64,000 nucleotides of DNA from an uncultured Omnitrophica bacterium (GTDB lineage Bacteria > Omnitrophota > Gorgyraeia > JACQQV01). The notes below the pieces were generated by a model, which was not told the DNA's origin, ran no database searches, and worked only from the letters and a program-made list of their open reading frames with translations. The DNA lies in assembly GCA_947085655.1 (NCBI GenBank), contig CAMTXH010000003.1:29850-93849 (forward strand), read 5' to 3'. A program made the position numbers and the translations under genes. Of the stretch, positions 48,908 through 58,866 are shown piece by piece (positions within the stretch are counted from its first letter, which is position 1; the number at the start of each line of letters is the position of its first letter).

Positions 48908-51562
48908 ATGAAAAAGGAAAGGGCTTTTTTGATCGACGGTAACGCCATGTGTTACCGTGCCTACTACGCCATCCGTTCGTTGAGTACGCGGGACGGAAGA
49001 CCGACCAACGCCGTCTACGGCTTTATGGCGATGCTCAAAAAACTCCTCGCGGAGGAAAAGCCGGACTATCTGGCGGTTTCTTTCGATTTGAAAGGGGAGA
49101 CCTTCCGAAAAAAGGCCTTCGAATCCTACAAAATTCACCGTAAACCGATGCCCGATGATTTGGCGGAGCAGATGCCCGTGGTTAAGGAGATGCTCGGGTA
49201 TTACCGAATTCCCATTTTTGAGAAAGAAGGGTACGAGGCGGATGATCTCCTCGCCACCCTTTCCCGCCGCCTCTCCGGCAAAGGCATTTCAGTTTATATC
49301 GTGACGGGGGACAAAGATATGCTGCAACTGGTCTCCGACAACATTTTCGTCTATAACGCCCACAAGGAGGGATTGATTTACGGACGAAAAGAGGTCCAGG
49401 AGCGTTTCGGAGTCGGTCCGGAAAAGATTGTGGAACTGATCGGCCTTTGCGGGGATTCCAGTGACAATATCCCGGGCGTACCGGGGATCGGTGAAAAAAC
49501 AGCAATGGGTCTCATTCAAAAATTTGGGACGGTCGAAAAAGTCCTCTCCAACGTGGATAGAGTGGAAGGAGAATCGAGGCGGCGCGCCTTAAAGCAACAT
49601 GCCGGGCAGGCGCGGCTTTCGAGGGAACTGGCCCTTTTGGTCCAGGACGCCCCTTTGGAGGTCTCGCTGGAGGCGCTCCGGCCAAAAACACCCGACGGGG
49701 AAAAACTTTTCCAGTTTTTCAAGTCGCTTGAGTTTAAAACATTCCTGCCGGAGTTTGTCCCGGAACATCCCGAAGGGGGCGATTATTGCCTGATCCAAAC
49801 CCAAAAGGAGCTTGAAGATTTTTTCAAAAAGCTCCGTTCTGTCAAAAAATTCGCCTTTGATTTTGAAACGACGTCAGAGGACGCAATGAAGGCGGAGATC
49901 GTCGGGATCTCCTTTTCCTGGGAGGAGGGGGAGGCCTTTTACGTCCCATTCGGGGATAAGGGGTTCCCGGAATCCGAAGTTTTGGAGGGACTCCGGAACA
50001 TTCTGGAAGACCCCGACGTTTTAAAAATCGGGCAGAACATCAAGTACGAAATGATGATTCTCGCCCAGAGGGGCATTTCACTCCGGGGAATCTCTTTTGA
50101 TACGATGATCGCCTCCTATCTTCTGAACCCCTCCAGACCCAACCATAACCTCGGTGAGATTGCGCTCGAGTATCTGTCCAGGCGAAAGACGCCGATTACA
50201 GAACTCATCGGGAAAGGAAGGTCCCAGAAATCAATGGCGGAGGTGCCGGTTGAGAGGGTCACGGCCTACGCCTGCGAGGACAGCGACCTCACCTTCCGCC
50301 TGGGAAACGTTCTCTCCAAAGAACTCCGGAAGGAAAATCTGGAGGAACTTTTTGAGACGATGGAGCGGCCTCTGATCGGGGTTTTGGCCTCCATGGAACA
50401 GGCGGGGGTTGCGATTGACGCCCCTCTCCTAAAGGAGCTGACGGGAGAGATGGACCGGAAACTGAAGAAACTGACCCAGGACATTTTTGAAATGGCCGGT
50501 TCCGAATTCAACATCAACAGTCCCAAGCAGCTGCAGGAGATTCTCTTCCGGAAACTGAGACTCCCGATTCTCAAACGTACCAAAACCGGCGCCTCAACCG
50601 ACGCCTGGGTTCTGGAGCAATTGGCTGTGATCCATCCCCTCCCTAAAACCATCGTTCAGTACCGGGAAATTGCCAAACTCAAATCAACGTATGTGGACAC
50701 CCTCCCGAATCTGGTTCATCCGAAGACCGGACGGATCCACGCCTCTTTCAACCAAACCGTCACCGCCACCGGACGGCTCTCCTCCTCCGATCCCAACCTC
50801 CAGAATATTCCTGTCCGGACTGAAGAGGGGCGCAAAATCCGGAAGGCCTTTATCCCGCGCGAAAAGGGATGGTGTCTTGTCTCCTTCGATTACTCGCAGA
50901 TTGAACTCCGGATTCTGGCCCATCTTTCGAAAGACGACGCCTTGAAGGAGGCCTTTCGAAAGGGACAGGATGTTCATCGTCTCACGGCGAGTCTCATCTA
51001 CGATGTTCCGGAGGAAGAGGTGGAGGACCCGATGCGGGAGACGGCAAAGACCGTGAACTTCGGGATCCTTTACGGAATGAGCCCCTTCGGGCTTTCCCGG
51101 GACCTTGGGATTGATGTGGGGCAGGCGAGGATGTTCATTGACGCTTACTTTGAACGATACCCGAAAGTGAAAACATACATTGAGAGGCAGATTGAGGAGG
51201 CGAGGGAGGAAGGGATGGTCACCACCCTTTTTAATCGCCGACGGGTTCTTCCGGAAATCCGGAGCCAGAACATGAGCGAACGTCAATGGGGGGAGCGGAT
51301 TGCCATCAATGCGCCGATTCAGGGAACCGCCAGCGACCTCATTAAAATGGCAATGATTGAGATTCACAGGGAACTGGAGAAGCGGAAGAGCCGAGGTGGG
51401 ATGGTGATCCAGGTGCACGATGAACTCGTCTTTGATATGCCGGAGGAGGAAGAAAGGATTCTCTCTCCCCTCATTCAGGAAAAAATGGAGAAGGGGACGA
51501 AGCTTTCGGTTCCGATTCAAGTGACGGTGAAGCGGGGAAAAAACTGGATGGAAATGGAATGA
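48908..51562 (+). CDS. polA: DNA polymerase I
   Basis: The 884-aa product has a 5'-3' exonuclease domain, a 3'-5' exo-like domain and a polymerase domain. Confidence 0.95.
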   Translation: MKKERAFLIDGNAMCYRAYYAIRSLSTRDGRPTNAVYGFMAMLKKLLAEEKPDYLAVSFDLKGETFRKKAFESYKIHRKPMPDDLAEQMPVVKEMLGYYRIPIFEKEGYEADDLLATLSRRLSGKGISVYIVTGDKDMLQLVSDNIFVYNAHKEGLIYGRKEVQERFGVGPEKIVELIGLCGDSSDNIPGVPGIGEKTAMGLIQKFGTVEKVLSNVDRVEGESRRRALKQHAGQARLSRELALLVQDAPLEVSLEALRPKTPDGEKLFQFFKSLEFKTFLPEFVPEHPEGGDYCLIQTQKELEDFFKKLRSVKKFAFDFETTSEDAMKAEIVGISFSWEEGEAFYVPFGDKGFPESEVLEGLRNILEDPDVLKIGQNIKYEMMILAQRGISLRGISFDTMIASYLLNPSRPNHNLGEIALEYLSRRKTPITELIGKGRSQKSMAEVPVERVTAYACEDSDLTFRLGNVLSKELRKENLEELFETMERPLIGVLASMEQAGVAIDAPLLKELTGEMDRKLKKLTQDIFEMAGSEFNINSPKQLQEILFRKLRLPILKRTKTGASTDAWVLEQLAVIHPLPKTIVQYREIAKLKSTYVDTLPNLVHPKTGRIHASFNQTVTATGRLSSSDPNLQNIPVRTEEGRKIRKAFIPREKGWCLVSFDYSQIELRILAHLSKDDALKEAFRKGQDVHRLTASLIYDVPEEEVEDPMRETAKTVNFGILYGMSPFGLSRDLGIDVGQARMFIDAYFERYPKVKTYIERQIEEAREEGMVTTLFNRRRVLPEIRSQNMSERQWGERIAINAPIQGTASDLIKMAMIEIHRELEKRKSRGGMVIQVHDELVFDMPEEEERILSPLIQEKMEKGTKLSVPIQVTVKRGKNWMEME

Positions 51563-52164
51563 TCCTCGGCGTCACCGGCTCCGTCGGGACAGGGAAAACG
51601 ACCGTCTCCAGGATGTTTGCCCGGAAGGGTGGCTTTCGGATCGATGCAGACCGACTTGCCCGCGAGGCGCTTCGGAAGGGAGCCCCTCCGTACCGGGCGG
51701 TTGTCCGGGCATTCGGAAGGGGAATCCTCCGCTTCGACCGAAGCGTGGACCGGAAGAAACTGGCGGAAATCGTTTTCCGGAATGAGCGGAAGAGAAAACT
51801 TCTTAACCGGCTGATTCATCCCTATGTGATCCGGAGAATCCGTGAAGCAATCCGGAGGAAAAAGGGGAAATGGATCGTCGTGGAAGTTCCCCTGTTGCAC
51901 GAAGCAGGGCTTGTCCGGCTCTTCGATCGGGTCATGACCGTCTCGACGAGTCGAAACGTTCAGGAAACAAGGTGGCGTAAACGGGGACTTCCCCTCGGGG
52001 CTCTCCGGGAGCGTCGCTCATCGCAGTGGCCCCTTTCATACAAAAGGCGGCACTCGGACTTCATTATCGATAATAGCGGAAGTAAGACCAAAACGGAGGA
52101 ACAAGTCCACCGGATTTGGAAAAAGTTGCACCTTGAAAGGAGAGGAAAAACAAAAAATGGCTGA
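51559..52164 (+). CDS. coaE: dephospho-CoA kinase
   Basis: The product has a P-loop [11 protein letters not shown]. Confidence 0.9.
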   Translation: MILGVTGSVGTGKTTVSRMFARKGGFRIDADRLAREALRKGAPPYRAVVRAFGRGILRFDRSVDRKKLAEIVFRNERKRKLLNRLIHPYVIRRIREAIRRKKGKWIVVEVPLLHEAGLVRLFDRVMTVSTSRNVQETRWRKRGLPLGALRERRSSQWPLSYKRRHSDFIIDNSGSKTKTEEQVHRIWKKLHLERRGKTKNG

Positions 52165-53473
52165 ACCCAAAGATGTCACAGAAACCAAGGAGATGCCGGA
52201 GAGCAGGGGGAAGGAAGCGAAGCTGAATCTGGAAAAACTGCAGGATCTCCGGATCGCCGAGCTCAACAAAATCGCCAAGGAGATGAAGCTGAACGGTGTT
52301 GCAGGACTGAAAAAGCAGGACCTGATTTTCAAGATTCTGCAGGCGCAAACCGAAAGAGAGGGGCTTATCTTCGGGGAGGGGGTGCTTGAGATTCTCGAAG
52401 ATGGTTTCGGATTCCTCCGGAGCCCCAAGTACAACTATCTTCCGGGACCGGATGATATCTATATTTCGCCTTCCCAGATCCGGAAATTCGACCTCCGGAC
52501 CGGCGACACTGTCAGCGGTCAGATCCGCCCGCCAAAGGAGGGGGAACGGTATTTTGCCCTTCTCAAGGTGGAGGCGGTCAATTTCGAAGACCCGGAAAAG
52601 GCAAAGGATAAAATCCTCTTCGACAACCTCACCCCCACCTATCCGCATGAGCGGATCGTATTGGAGTGCCGGCCGGATGAAGTCTCGACCCGGGTGATGG
52701 ATCTTCTCACGCCGATCGGAAAGGGCCAGCGGGGACTGATTGTCGCCCCCCCTTACAGCGGGAAGACCATTCTGCTTCAGAAGGTGGCAAACGCCATCAC
52801 GACCAACCATCCGGAGATGGTTCTCATCGTCCTTTTAATCGATGAGCGGCCGGAGGAGGTCACCGATATGCAGCGGTCCGTGAAGGGGGAGGTGGTCAGT
52901 TCCACCTTTGACGAACCGGCCGAACGGCATATCCAGGTGGCCGAGGTGGTTTTGGAAAAGGCGAAGCGGCTGGTGGAGCACCGGAAGGATGTGGTCATTC
53001 TCCTCGACTCCATTACGCGGCTTGCCAGGGCCTACAATACCGCCGTTCCGCACAGCGGAAAGATTCTTTCCGGCGGTGTGGATGCGAACGCCCTTCACAA
53101 ACCGAAACGTTTTTTCGGCGCGGCGCGGAACATCGAGGAGGGGGGAAGTCTCACGATTTTGGCGACGGCCCTCATCGACACCGGCTCGCGGATGGACGAA
53201 GTAATTTTTGAAGAGTTCAAAGGGACCGGCAATATGGAGATTCAGCTTGACCGGAACCTTTTCCAAAGGCGGATCTACCCGGCGATTGACATCAAACGTT
53301 CCAATACGCGGAAAGAGGAGCTCCTCGTGAAGGATGACGAACTCCAGCGCATTTGGGCCATCCGGAAGGTGCTGAACGAACTCAACTCCATCGAGGCGAT
53401 GGAACTTTTGATCGAGAAGCTTTCCAAAAGCAAATCCAATTCGGAATTTTTGAAGACACTGAATAAACAATAA
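52157..53473 (+). CDS. rho: transcription termination factor Rho
   Basis: The product has an N-terminal RNA-binding domain and a RecA-like ATPase. ATG 52157 follows an AAAGGAGAGG RBS. The TTG at 52133 is an alternative start. Confidence 0.9.
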   Translation: MAEPKDVTETKEMPESRGKEAKLNLEKLQDLRIAELNKIAKEMKLNGVAGLKKQDLIFKILQAQTEREGLIFGEGVLEILEDGFGFLRSPKYNYLPGPDDIYISPSQIRKFDLRTGDTVSGQIRPPKEGERYFALLKVEAVNFEDPEKAKDKILFDNLTPTYPHERIVLECRPDEVSTRVMDLLTPIGKGQRGLIVAPPYSGKTILLQKVANAITTNHPEMVLIVLLIDERPEEVTDMQRSVKGEVVSSTFDEPAERHIQVAEVVLEKAKRLVEHRKDVVILLDSITRLARAYNTAVPHSGKILSGGVDANALHKPKRFFGAARNIEEGGSLTILATALIDTGSRMDEVIFEEFKGTGNMEIQLDRNLFQRRIYPAIDIKRSNTRKEELLVKDDELQRIWAIRKVLNELNSIEAMELLIEKLSKSKSNSEFLKTLNKQ

Positions 53474-53489
53474 TCAGAAGGAGGCAACG

Positions 53490-53696
53490 TTGAAAGAGAA
53501 GATTCATCCCTCGTATGTGGACTCGACCATTACCTGCGCCTGCGGGGAAGTGATTCATACCCGTTCCACCAAGCAGAATATCCGCGTCGAAATCTGCAGC
53601 CGGTGCCACCCGTTCTTCACCGGAAAGCAGAAATTCGTAGATACGGCCGGCCGGGTGGAAAAGTTCATGAGAAAATACAAAAAAGAGAAGAAGTAA
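53490..53696 (+). CDS. rpmE: 50S ribosomal protein L31
   Basis: The 68-aa product has a CxC...CxxC zinc ribbon. It has a TTG start after GAAGGAGG. Confidence 0.85.
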   Translation: MKEKIHPSYVDSTITCACGEVIHTRSTKQNIRVEICSRCHPFFTGKQKFVDTAGRVEKFMRKYKKEKK

Positions 53697-53699
53697 CCG

Positions 53700-54788
53700 G
53701 TGTTTGACTTTGGGGCGCTTGAAAAAAAACTGCGGGAGTATGAGGACCTTGAAAAAAAACTTTCCGACCCCGAGGTCCTGAAGGAGCCCGCTGTCTACCA
53801 GAGGCATGCGCGCTCACTTTCGGCGCTTTCCCCATTGGTGAAAAAAGTAAGGGCGTACCAGGAAGTGTTAAAGCAGATTGCGGATGCCGAGAAACTTCTA
53901 TCGAGGAAGGACGATGAGGAAATAAAAGGTCTTGCGGCGGAGGAGTTGAAAACACTCGGCGAAAAAAAACAAGAGCTCGAGAGAGGCCTGGAAGAGTCCC
54001 TTTTGGGTCAGAATCCCGAAGCCCATCGGAATGTCATCATGGAAATCCGGGCCGGAACAGGCGGAGCGGAGGCATCTCTTTTTTCATCGGATATTTTCAG
54101 GATGTATGCCAAATATGCGGCGGGCCGGAACTGGAAACTGGAGATCATGGATAGCCATCCGACCGAAGCAGGCGGATTTAAGGAAATTATTTTTTCGGTG
54201 GAGGGGGAGGGCGTTTACGATCGGCTCAAATTCGAAAGCGGGGTTCACCGGGTGCAGCGGGTTCCGGAAACGGAGGCCTCCGGACGAATCCACACCTCTG
54301 CCGTGACGGTGGCGGTGCTTCCGCAGGCGGAAGAGGTGGAGCTTGAGATAAAACCCCAGGACATCCGGGTGGATGTTTTTCGTGCCTCAAGCAAAGGAGG
54401 CCAGGGCGTGAATACCACCGATTCCGCGGTCCGAATTACCCATCTGCAGACGGATTTGGTGGTGACCTGTCAGGATGAACGGTCCCAACTGAAGAACAAA
54501 CAAAAAGCTTTGAAGGTGCTCCGGGCACGGCTGCTTCAGAAGATGCGGGACGAGTCGCAGGCAAAGACGACCTCCCAGCGCCGCGCCATGGTCGGCACAG
54601 GCGACCGGAGCGAGAAAATCAGAACCTATAATTTTCCGGATCGCCGGGTCACAGACCATCGGATTGGGCTTACCCTTCACCGGTTAGAAGAGATTCTTGA
54701 GGGGGATCTGGACTGTTTGATTGAACCGCTCCTCAAGGAGGAGCGGAAAGCACTTTTGTCTCAATTGAGGGGGAAATCCGGAACATGA
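53700..54788 (+). CDS. prfA: peptide chain release factor 1
   Basis: The product has the GGQ motif and the RF1-type region [25 protein letters not shown]. Confidence 0.95.
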   Translation: MFDFGALEKKLREYEDLEKKLSDPEVLKEPAVYQRHARSLSALSPLVKKVRAYQEVLKQIADAEKLLSRKDDEEIKGLAAEELKTLGEKKQELERGLEESLLGQNPEAHRNVIMEIRAGTGGAEASLFSSDIFRMYAKYAAGRNWKLEIMDSHPTEAGGFKEIIFSVEGEGVYDRLKFESGVHRVQRVPETEASGRIHTSAVTVAVLPQAEEVELEIKPQDIRVDVFRASSKGGQGVNTTDSAVRITHLQTDLVVTCQDERSQLKNKQKALKVLRARLLQKMRDESQAKTTSQRRAMVGTGDRSEKIRTYNFPDRRVTDHRIGLTLHRLEEILEGDLDCLIEPLLKEERKALLSQLRGKSGT

Positions 54789-55663
54789 GAAACGGCAGAA
54801 CAGCCCGGCGACTGATCCGGGAAGGGGTTCCCCGGTTGGAGGAACTGTCATCCCCAAAGCGGCTCTGTGAGACTATCCTTTCAGAACTTCTGGAGCGCCC
54901 CCGGACCGCTCTTTATTTGGAGGAGGAAGAACTTTCGGAGGGACAGGCCAGTCGTTATTTTGAACTCCTGGAGGGATTGAAGCGGCATGAACCCCTTCAG
55001 TACCTCCTGGGAAAGGCCTATTTTTTGGGGGAGCCCTACCGGGTGGACCGTTCCTGCTTCATTCCAAGGCCCGATACGGAGCTTTTGGTGGAGGCCTGCC
55101 TTGACTATTTCCCCCATCCCCCATCCCCCATCCCCCATCCCCCACCTCTCCTATTTATAGATGTGGGAACAGGTTCCGGCTGTATTGCAATTTCTTTGAC
55201 AAAGCGGATTAAGTCGTGTAAAATGCTCGCCATTGATGTCCGGGAGGATACCCTCCGGCTTGCCCGGGAAAACGGGAAACATCACGGCGTCTCATCCCGG
55301 ATTTCCTGGATCTGCGGAGACCTTTTCGGGTCTTTGAAGCCTGGGACGCAGGCGGATGCCATTCTTTCCAATCCGCCCTATATTCCTACGGAGGAGATCC
55401 CCCTCCTCCCGCCCGAAGTCCGGCGCGAACCGCGGATCAGTCTGGAGGGGGGAGAAGCAGGCCTTTCTTATTACAAGCGCCTAGCCGGAGAAAGCCATTC
55501 TTGGCTGCGGAAGGGCGGAACCCTTTTTCTGGAAATAGGGGACGGACAGAGCGAGCCGGTGGCAGCAATTTTCCGGGAAAAAAGTCCGCTTTTTCTCTCG
55601 GAAATCCGGAGAGGAATTCTCGGGACACCGAGGGTCATGATCTTTCGGAAAGACCATGGATAA
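54785..55663 (+). CDS. prmC: release factor glutamine methyltransferase
   Basis: The product has the NPPY motif and an SAM-binding region DVGTGSG. It sits in the classical prfA-prmC arrangement. Confidence 0.9.
   Translation: MRNGRTARRLIREGVPRLEELSSPKRLCETILSELLERPRTALYLEEEELSEGQASRYFELLEGLKRHEPLQYLLGKAYFLGEPYRVDRSCFIPRPDTELLVEACLDYFPHPPSPIPHPPPLLFIDVGTGSGCIAISLTKRIKSCKMLAIDVREDTLRLARENGKHHGVSSRISWICGDLFGSLKPGTQADAILSNPPYIPTEEIPLLPPEVRREPRISLEGGEAGLSYYKRLAGESHSWLRKGGTLFLEIGDGQSEPVAAIFREKSPLFLSEIRRGILGTPRVMIFRKDHG
55111..55145 (+). repeat. heptanucleotide tandem repeat (CCCCCAT)x4 + CCCCCAC inside prmC coding sequence
   Basis: Read directly from the sequence. It encodes [12 protein letters not shown] in the linker before the MTase domain. 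Confidence 0.9.
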
Positions 55664-56921
55664 ACTGGTGATCCTGGGTGGAAACCGGCTGACGGGAACC
55701 GTCACGGTCGGAGGGGCGAAAAATTCTGCCCTCCCCATTTTGGCGGCGACCCTCCTTTCGGACGAGCCGTCCACCCTCTCGAACGTTCCGACGACCCTTC
55801 GGGATGTTGCGACGATGGTGCGGGTTTTGCGCGCCTTGGGGGTCGGCGTAGAGGTGGGTGAGGGGACGATCCATGTTGATCCGAAAGGATACAAAGGATG
55901 GGAGGCCCCTTATAAGTATGTGAGCACGATGCGCGCCTCTGTTTGCGTGCTTGGGCCGCTTTTGGCAAAGCAAAAAAAAGCAAGGGTCTCTCTCCCGGGA
56001 GGGTGTGTGATCGGCCCCCGTCCGATCGATCTTCACCTGAAGGGACTTAGGGCGATCGGAGGAGAGCTCATCCTTGAACACGGCTATGTGGTTGGCAGCA
56101 CCAAGGGACTTCGAGGGGCTTCTGTCTATCTTGGGGGCGCCTACGGTTCGAGTGTCCTGGCGACGGCGAATCTGTTGATGGCCGCCACCCTTGCAAAGGG
56201 GACCACCCTTATTGAAAATGCCGCCTGTGAGCCGGAGGTTGTCGATCTTTCCCAGTTCCTGGTCAAAATGGGCGCTAAGATCCGTGGGATCGGTTCCAAA
56301 GCGCTCGAGGTGGAGGGGGTGAAATCGCTTCACGGAGCGACCCACCGGCTGATTCCGGACCGGATCGAGGCGGGAACGTATCTATTTGCCGGGGCGATTA
56401 CCCGCGGAGACATTACCATCCGCGAGGCCCGTGCCGACCATCTCGGCGCGGTGATCGATAAACTGACCGAAGTTGGAGTTCAGATTGCCGCTGTGGAGAA
56501 TGGACTCCGGGTCCGGAGCCCGCGGGTCAACCGGGCGATGGACGTGACCACACATTCGTACCCCGGTTTTCCGACCGATCTCCAGGCGCAGATGATGGCG
56601 CTCATGACGGTTACGGATGGGATCAGCATCATCACCGAAAAGATTTATCCGGACCGGTTCATGCATGTCAGTGAAATGGCGCGGATGGGAGCGGATATTA
56701 TCCTGGAGGGTCCCTCCGCCATTGTAAAAGGGAAGAAATCTTTAAGCGGCGCACCGGTCATGGCGTCGGATCTCCGGGCCTCGGCGGCGTTGGTTCTGGC
56801 AGGACTCGTGGCCAAGGGAAAAACGGAGATTGCGAGGGTTTATCATTTGGACCGGGGGTACGAACAGATGGAAATGAAACTTTCGTCCCTCGGAGCATCC
56901 ATTCGCAGAGAAAAAGAATAG
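55656..56921 (+). CDS. murA: UDP-N-acetylglucosamine 1-carboxyvinyltransferase
   Basis: The 421-aa product belongs to the EPT family. Confidence 0.95.
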   Translation: MDKLVILGGNRLTGTVTVGGAKNSALPILAATLLSDEPSTLSNVPTTLRDVATMVRVLRALGVGVEVGEGTIHVDPKGYKGWEAPYKYVSTMRASVCVLGPLLAKQKKARVSLPGGCVIGPRPIDLHLKGLRAIGGELILEHGYVVGSTKGLRGASVYLGGAYGSSVLATANLLMAATLAKGTTLIENAACEPEVVDLSQFLVKMGAKIRGIGSKALEVEGVKSLHGATHRLIPDRIEAGTYLFAGAITRGDITIREARADHLGAVIDKLTEVGVQIAAVENGLRVRSPRVNRAMDVTTHSYPGFPTDLQAQMMALMTVTDGISIITEKIYPDRFMHVSEMARMGADIILEGPSAIVKGKKSLSGAPVMASDLRASAALVLAGLVAKGKTEIARVYHLDRGYEQMEMKLSSLGASIRREKE

Positions 56922-56933
56922 GAGGAACTTCAC

Positions 56934-57170
56934 TTGCCATCAGTCATACGTCTCAAACGGGTCGGCACGAAAAAAAAGCCGCATATGCGAATTGTGGTCT
57001 GTGATTCGCGCAGTCCCCGGGACGGCCGTTTCATCGAGGAGTTGGGGACCTACAATCCGGTCGGCCCCACGCCGACGATTACCCTGAAGAAGGATCGGCT
57101 CCTTCACTGGTTGAAAGTCGGGGCGCGGCCTTCACCGACGGTGAAGAAACTGATCAAGCATGGAGATTGA
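56934..57170 (+). CDS. rpsP: 30S ribosomal protein S16
   Basis: The product reads [32 protein letters not shown]. It has a TTG start. Confidence 0.9.
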   Translation: MPSVIRLKRVGTKKKPHMRIVVCDSRSPRDGRFIEELGTYNPVGPTPTITLKKDRLLHWLKVGARPSPTVKKLIKHGD

Positions 57171-57840
57171 TGTCCTGACCCTTTTTCCGAAGATGTTTCG
57201 AGGCCCGTTCAGCGAATCGATCGTTCAGCGGGCCGTGAAGAAGGGGCTCGTCACCCTCCGGATTGTCGATATCCGGCGTTTTTCGACTGACAAACACAAA
57301 AAAGCGGATGACCGTCCCTACGGCGGCGGCCCGGGGATGATCCTCCTCGTCGATCCGATTGTGAGGGCCTTGTCCGCTCTGAAAAAGGGGCGCTCTCCGT
57401 ATGTGGTACTCCTTTCGGCCGGCGGGAAGCGTTTGACGCAGCGGACGGCCCGTAAGTTTTCACGGAAAGAGCGGCTTGTCCTTATCTGCGGGCATTACGA
57501 GGGTGTGGATGAACGGATTAAACGGTGGGTGCATGAGGAGTGTTCCATCGGGGATTACGTATTGACGGGAGGAGAGATACCAGCGATGGTGGTGATCGAC
57601 AGTGTCATCCGGTTTCTCCCGGGGGTTTTGGGGGATGAGCGTTCTTCAGACTCTGATTCGTTCGAAGAGGGGCTCCTGGAGTACCCGCAGTATACCCGGC
57701 CGAGGGTTTACCGGGGGCTTAAGGTTCCCGAGGTTCTCCTTTCCGGAAACCATCAACAAATTGCCGCCTGGCGGAAAAGGCAGGCGTTGGCCAAAACGGC
57801 CCGGAATCGCCCGGAGCTTTTAAAGGAAGTGTCCCAATGA
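57160..57840 (+). CDS. trmD: tRNA (guanine37-N1)-methyltransferase
   Basis: The product has a SPOUT fold. No rimM lies between rpsP and trmD. Confidence 0.95.
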   Translation: MEIDVLTLFPKMFRGPFSESIVQRAVKKGLVTLRIVDIRRFSTDKHKKADDRPYGGGPGMILLVDPIVRALSALKKGRSPYVVLLSAGGKRLTQRTARKFSRKERLVLICGHYEGVDERIKRWVHEECSIGDYVLTGGEIPAMVVIDSVIRFLPGVLGDERSSDSDSFEEGLLEYPQYTRPRVYRGLKVPEVLLSGNHQQIAAWRKRQALAKTARNRPELLKEVSQ

Positions 57841-58247
57841 ATAAAATTCAACTCGCTGAATCCAAATTTCTGAAGAAGGAGGTTCCCCCCTTTTCGGTGG
57901 GGGACACCCTGAAGGTGTATGTCCGCGTCGAAGAGGGAGATAAAAGCCGTCTTCAAGCGTTTGAGGGAACGGTGATTTCCCGACGGGGCGCCGGAACCCG
58001 CGAAACGTTTACGCTCCGCCGAATCTCCTATGGGGAAGGGGTGGAGCGGACCTTCCCGCTCCATTCGCCGTTTCTTGGAAAGATCGAGGTCATCCGACAG
58101 GGAAAGGTCAGACGCGCGAAACTCTACTATCTCCGTAAAAAGATCGGGAAGCAAACCAAGGTAGAGGAAAAGGGAGAAAGCCCTGAACAGCTCTCTGCGG
58201 AAGAGCCAACCGAGGAGACGGTTAAGGCAGACAACCCCTCTCCGTGA
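57837..58247 (+). CDS. rplS: 50S ribosomal protein L19 with ~20-aa acidic C-terminal extension
   Basis: The product has an L19 core and an extra tail [29 protein letters not shown]. Confidence 0.9.
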   Translation: MNKIQLAESKFLKKEVPPFSVGDTLKVYVRVEEGDKSRLQAFEGTVISRRGAGTRETFTLRRISYGEGVERTFPLHSPFLGKIEVIRQGKVRRAKLYYLRKKIGKQTKVEEKGESPEQLSAEEPTEETVKADNPSP

Positions 58248-58338
58248 GGTTTTTGTTTTCGAAAGAAGAGCAAGGGCGAGGGGATACCGGTTCATCTGCG
58301 GTCTTGATGAGGCAGGCAGGGGACCGCTTGCGGGGCCG

Positions 58339-58866
58339 GTGGTTGCCTGTGCCATCATCCTTCGGGACCCGCATTTCCGGGTTCGGATTGACGATTCAAA
58401 ACGGCTGACCGAATCCCAGCGATGCCGGGCATTTGAAGTCATCGTTCAAAAGGCCTGGGTCGGGATCGGCAAGGTCGGGCCGGGTCTGATCGACCGCATC
58501 AACATCCTGAGGGCGAGCGCCCTTGCCATGGCGCAGGCCATCCGGAATATCGGTTTTGATCCGGATTTTCTTTTGATTGACGGAAATGTGCCGGTGCCGA
58601 CTTTGCATGCGCGCGAATGTCTGGTGCACGGGGAAAGCCGTTCCCTTTCCATTGCGTGCGCCTCGATCGTCGCAAAGGTGACGCGGGACCGGCTGATGTC
58701 CGAGTATGACAGGACATTTCCGGAATACGGTTTTTGCCGGCACAAAGGATACCCCACGCCGGAGCACCTGGCGGCCCTGGAAAAATACGGTCCTTCGCCC
58801 ATTCACCGGAAGAGTTTCAGACCGGTTTCACAGTTGCATCCCGGGTTCTATGCAGACATCGATTGA
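58339..58866 (+). CDS. rnhB: ribonuclease HII (canonical-start ORF; true N-terminus probably upstream)
   Basis: The RNase HII body starts from a GTG at 58339. The conserved catalytic GLDEAGRGPLAGPVV is encoded in frame at 58301-58338, but no ATG/GTG/TTG lies between the in-frame stop at 58162-58164 and 58339. Confidence 0.75.
   Translation: MVACAIILRDPHFRVRIDDSKRLTESQRCRAFEVIVQKAWVGIGKVGPGLIDRINILRASALAMAQAIRNIGFDPDFLLIDGNVPVPTLHARECLVHGESRSLSIACASIVAKVTRDRLMSEYDRTFPEYGFCRHKGYPTPEHLAALEKYGPSPIHRKSFRPVSQLHPGFYADID

Noticed and set aside
58706-58849. Upstream extension of fhs (ORF track start 58706)
   Set aside because: It overlaps rnhB. The FTHFS family N-terminus starts at MQTSIEIAQ (58850).
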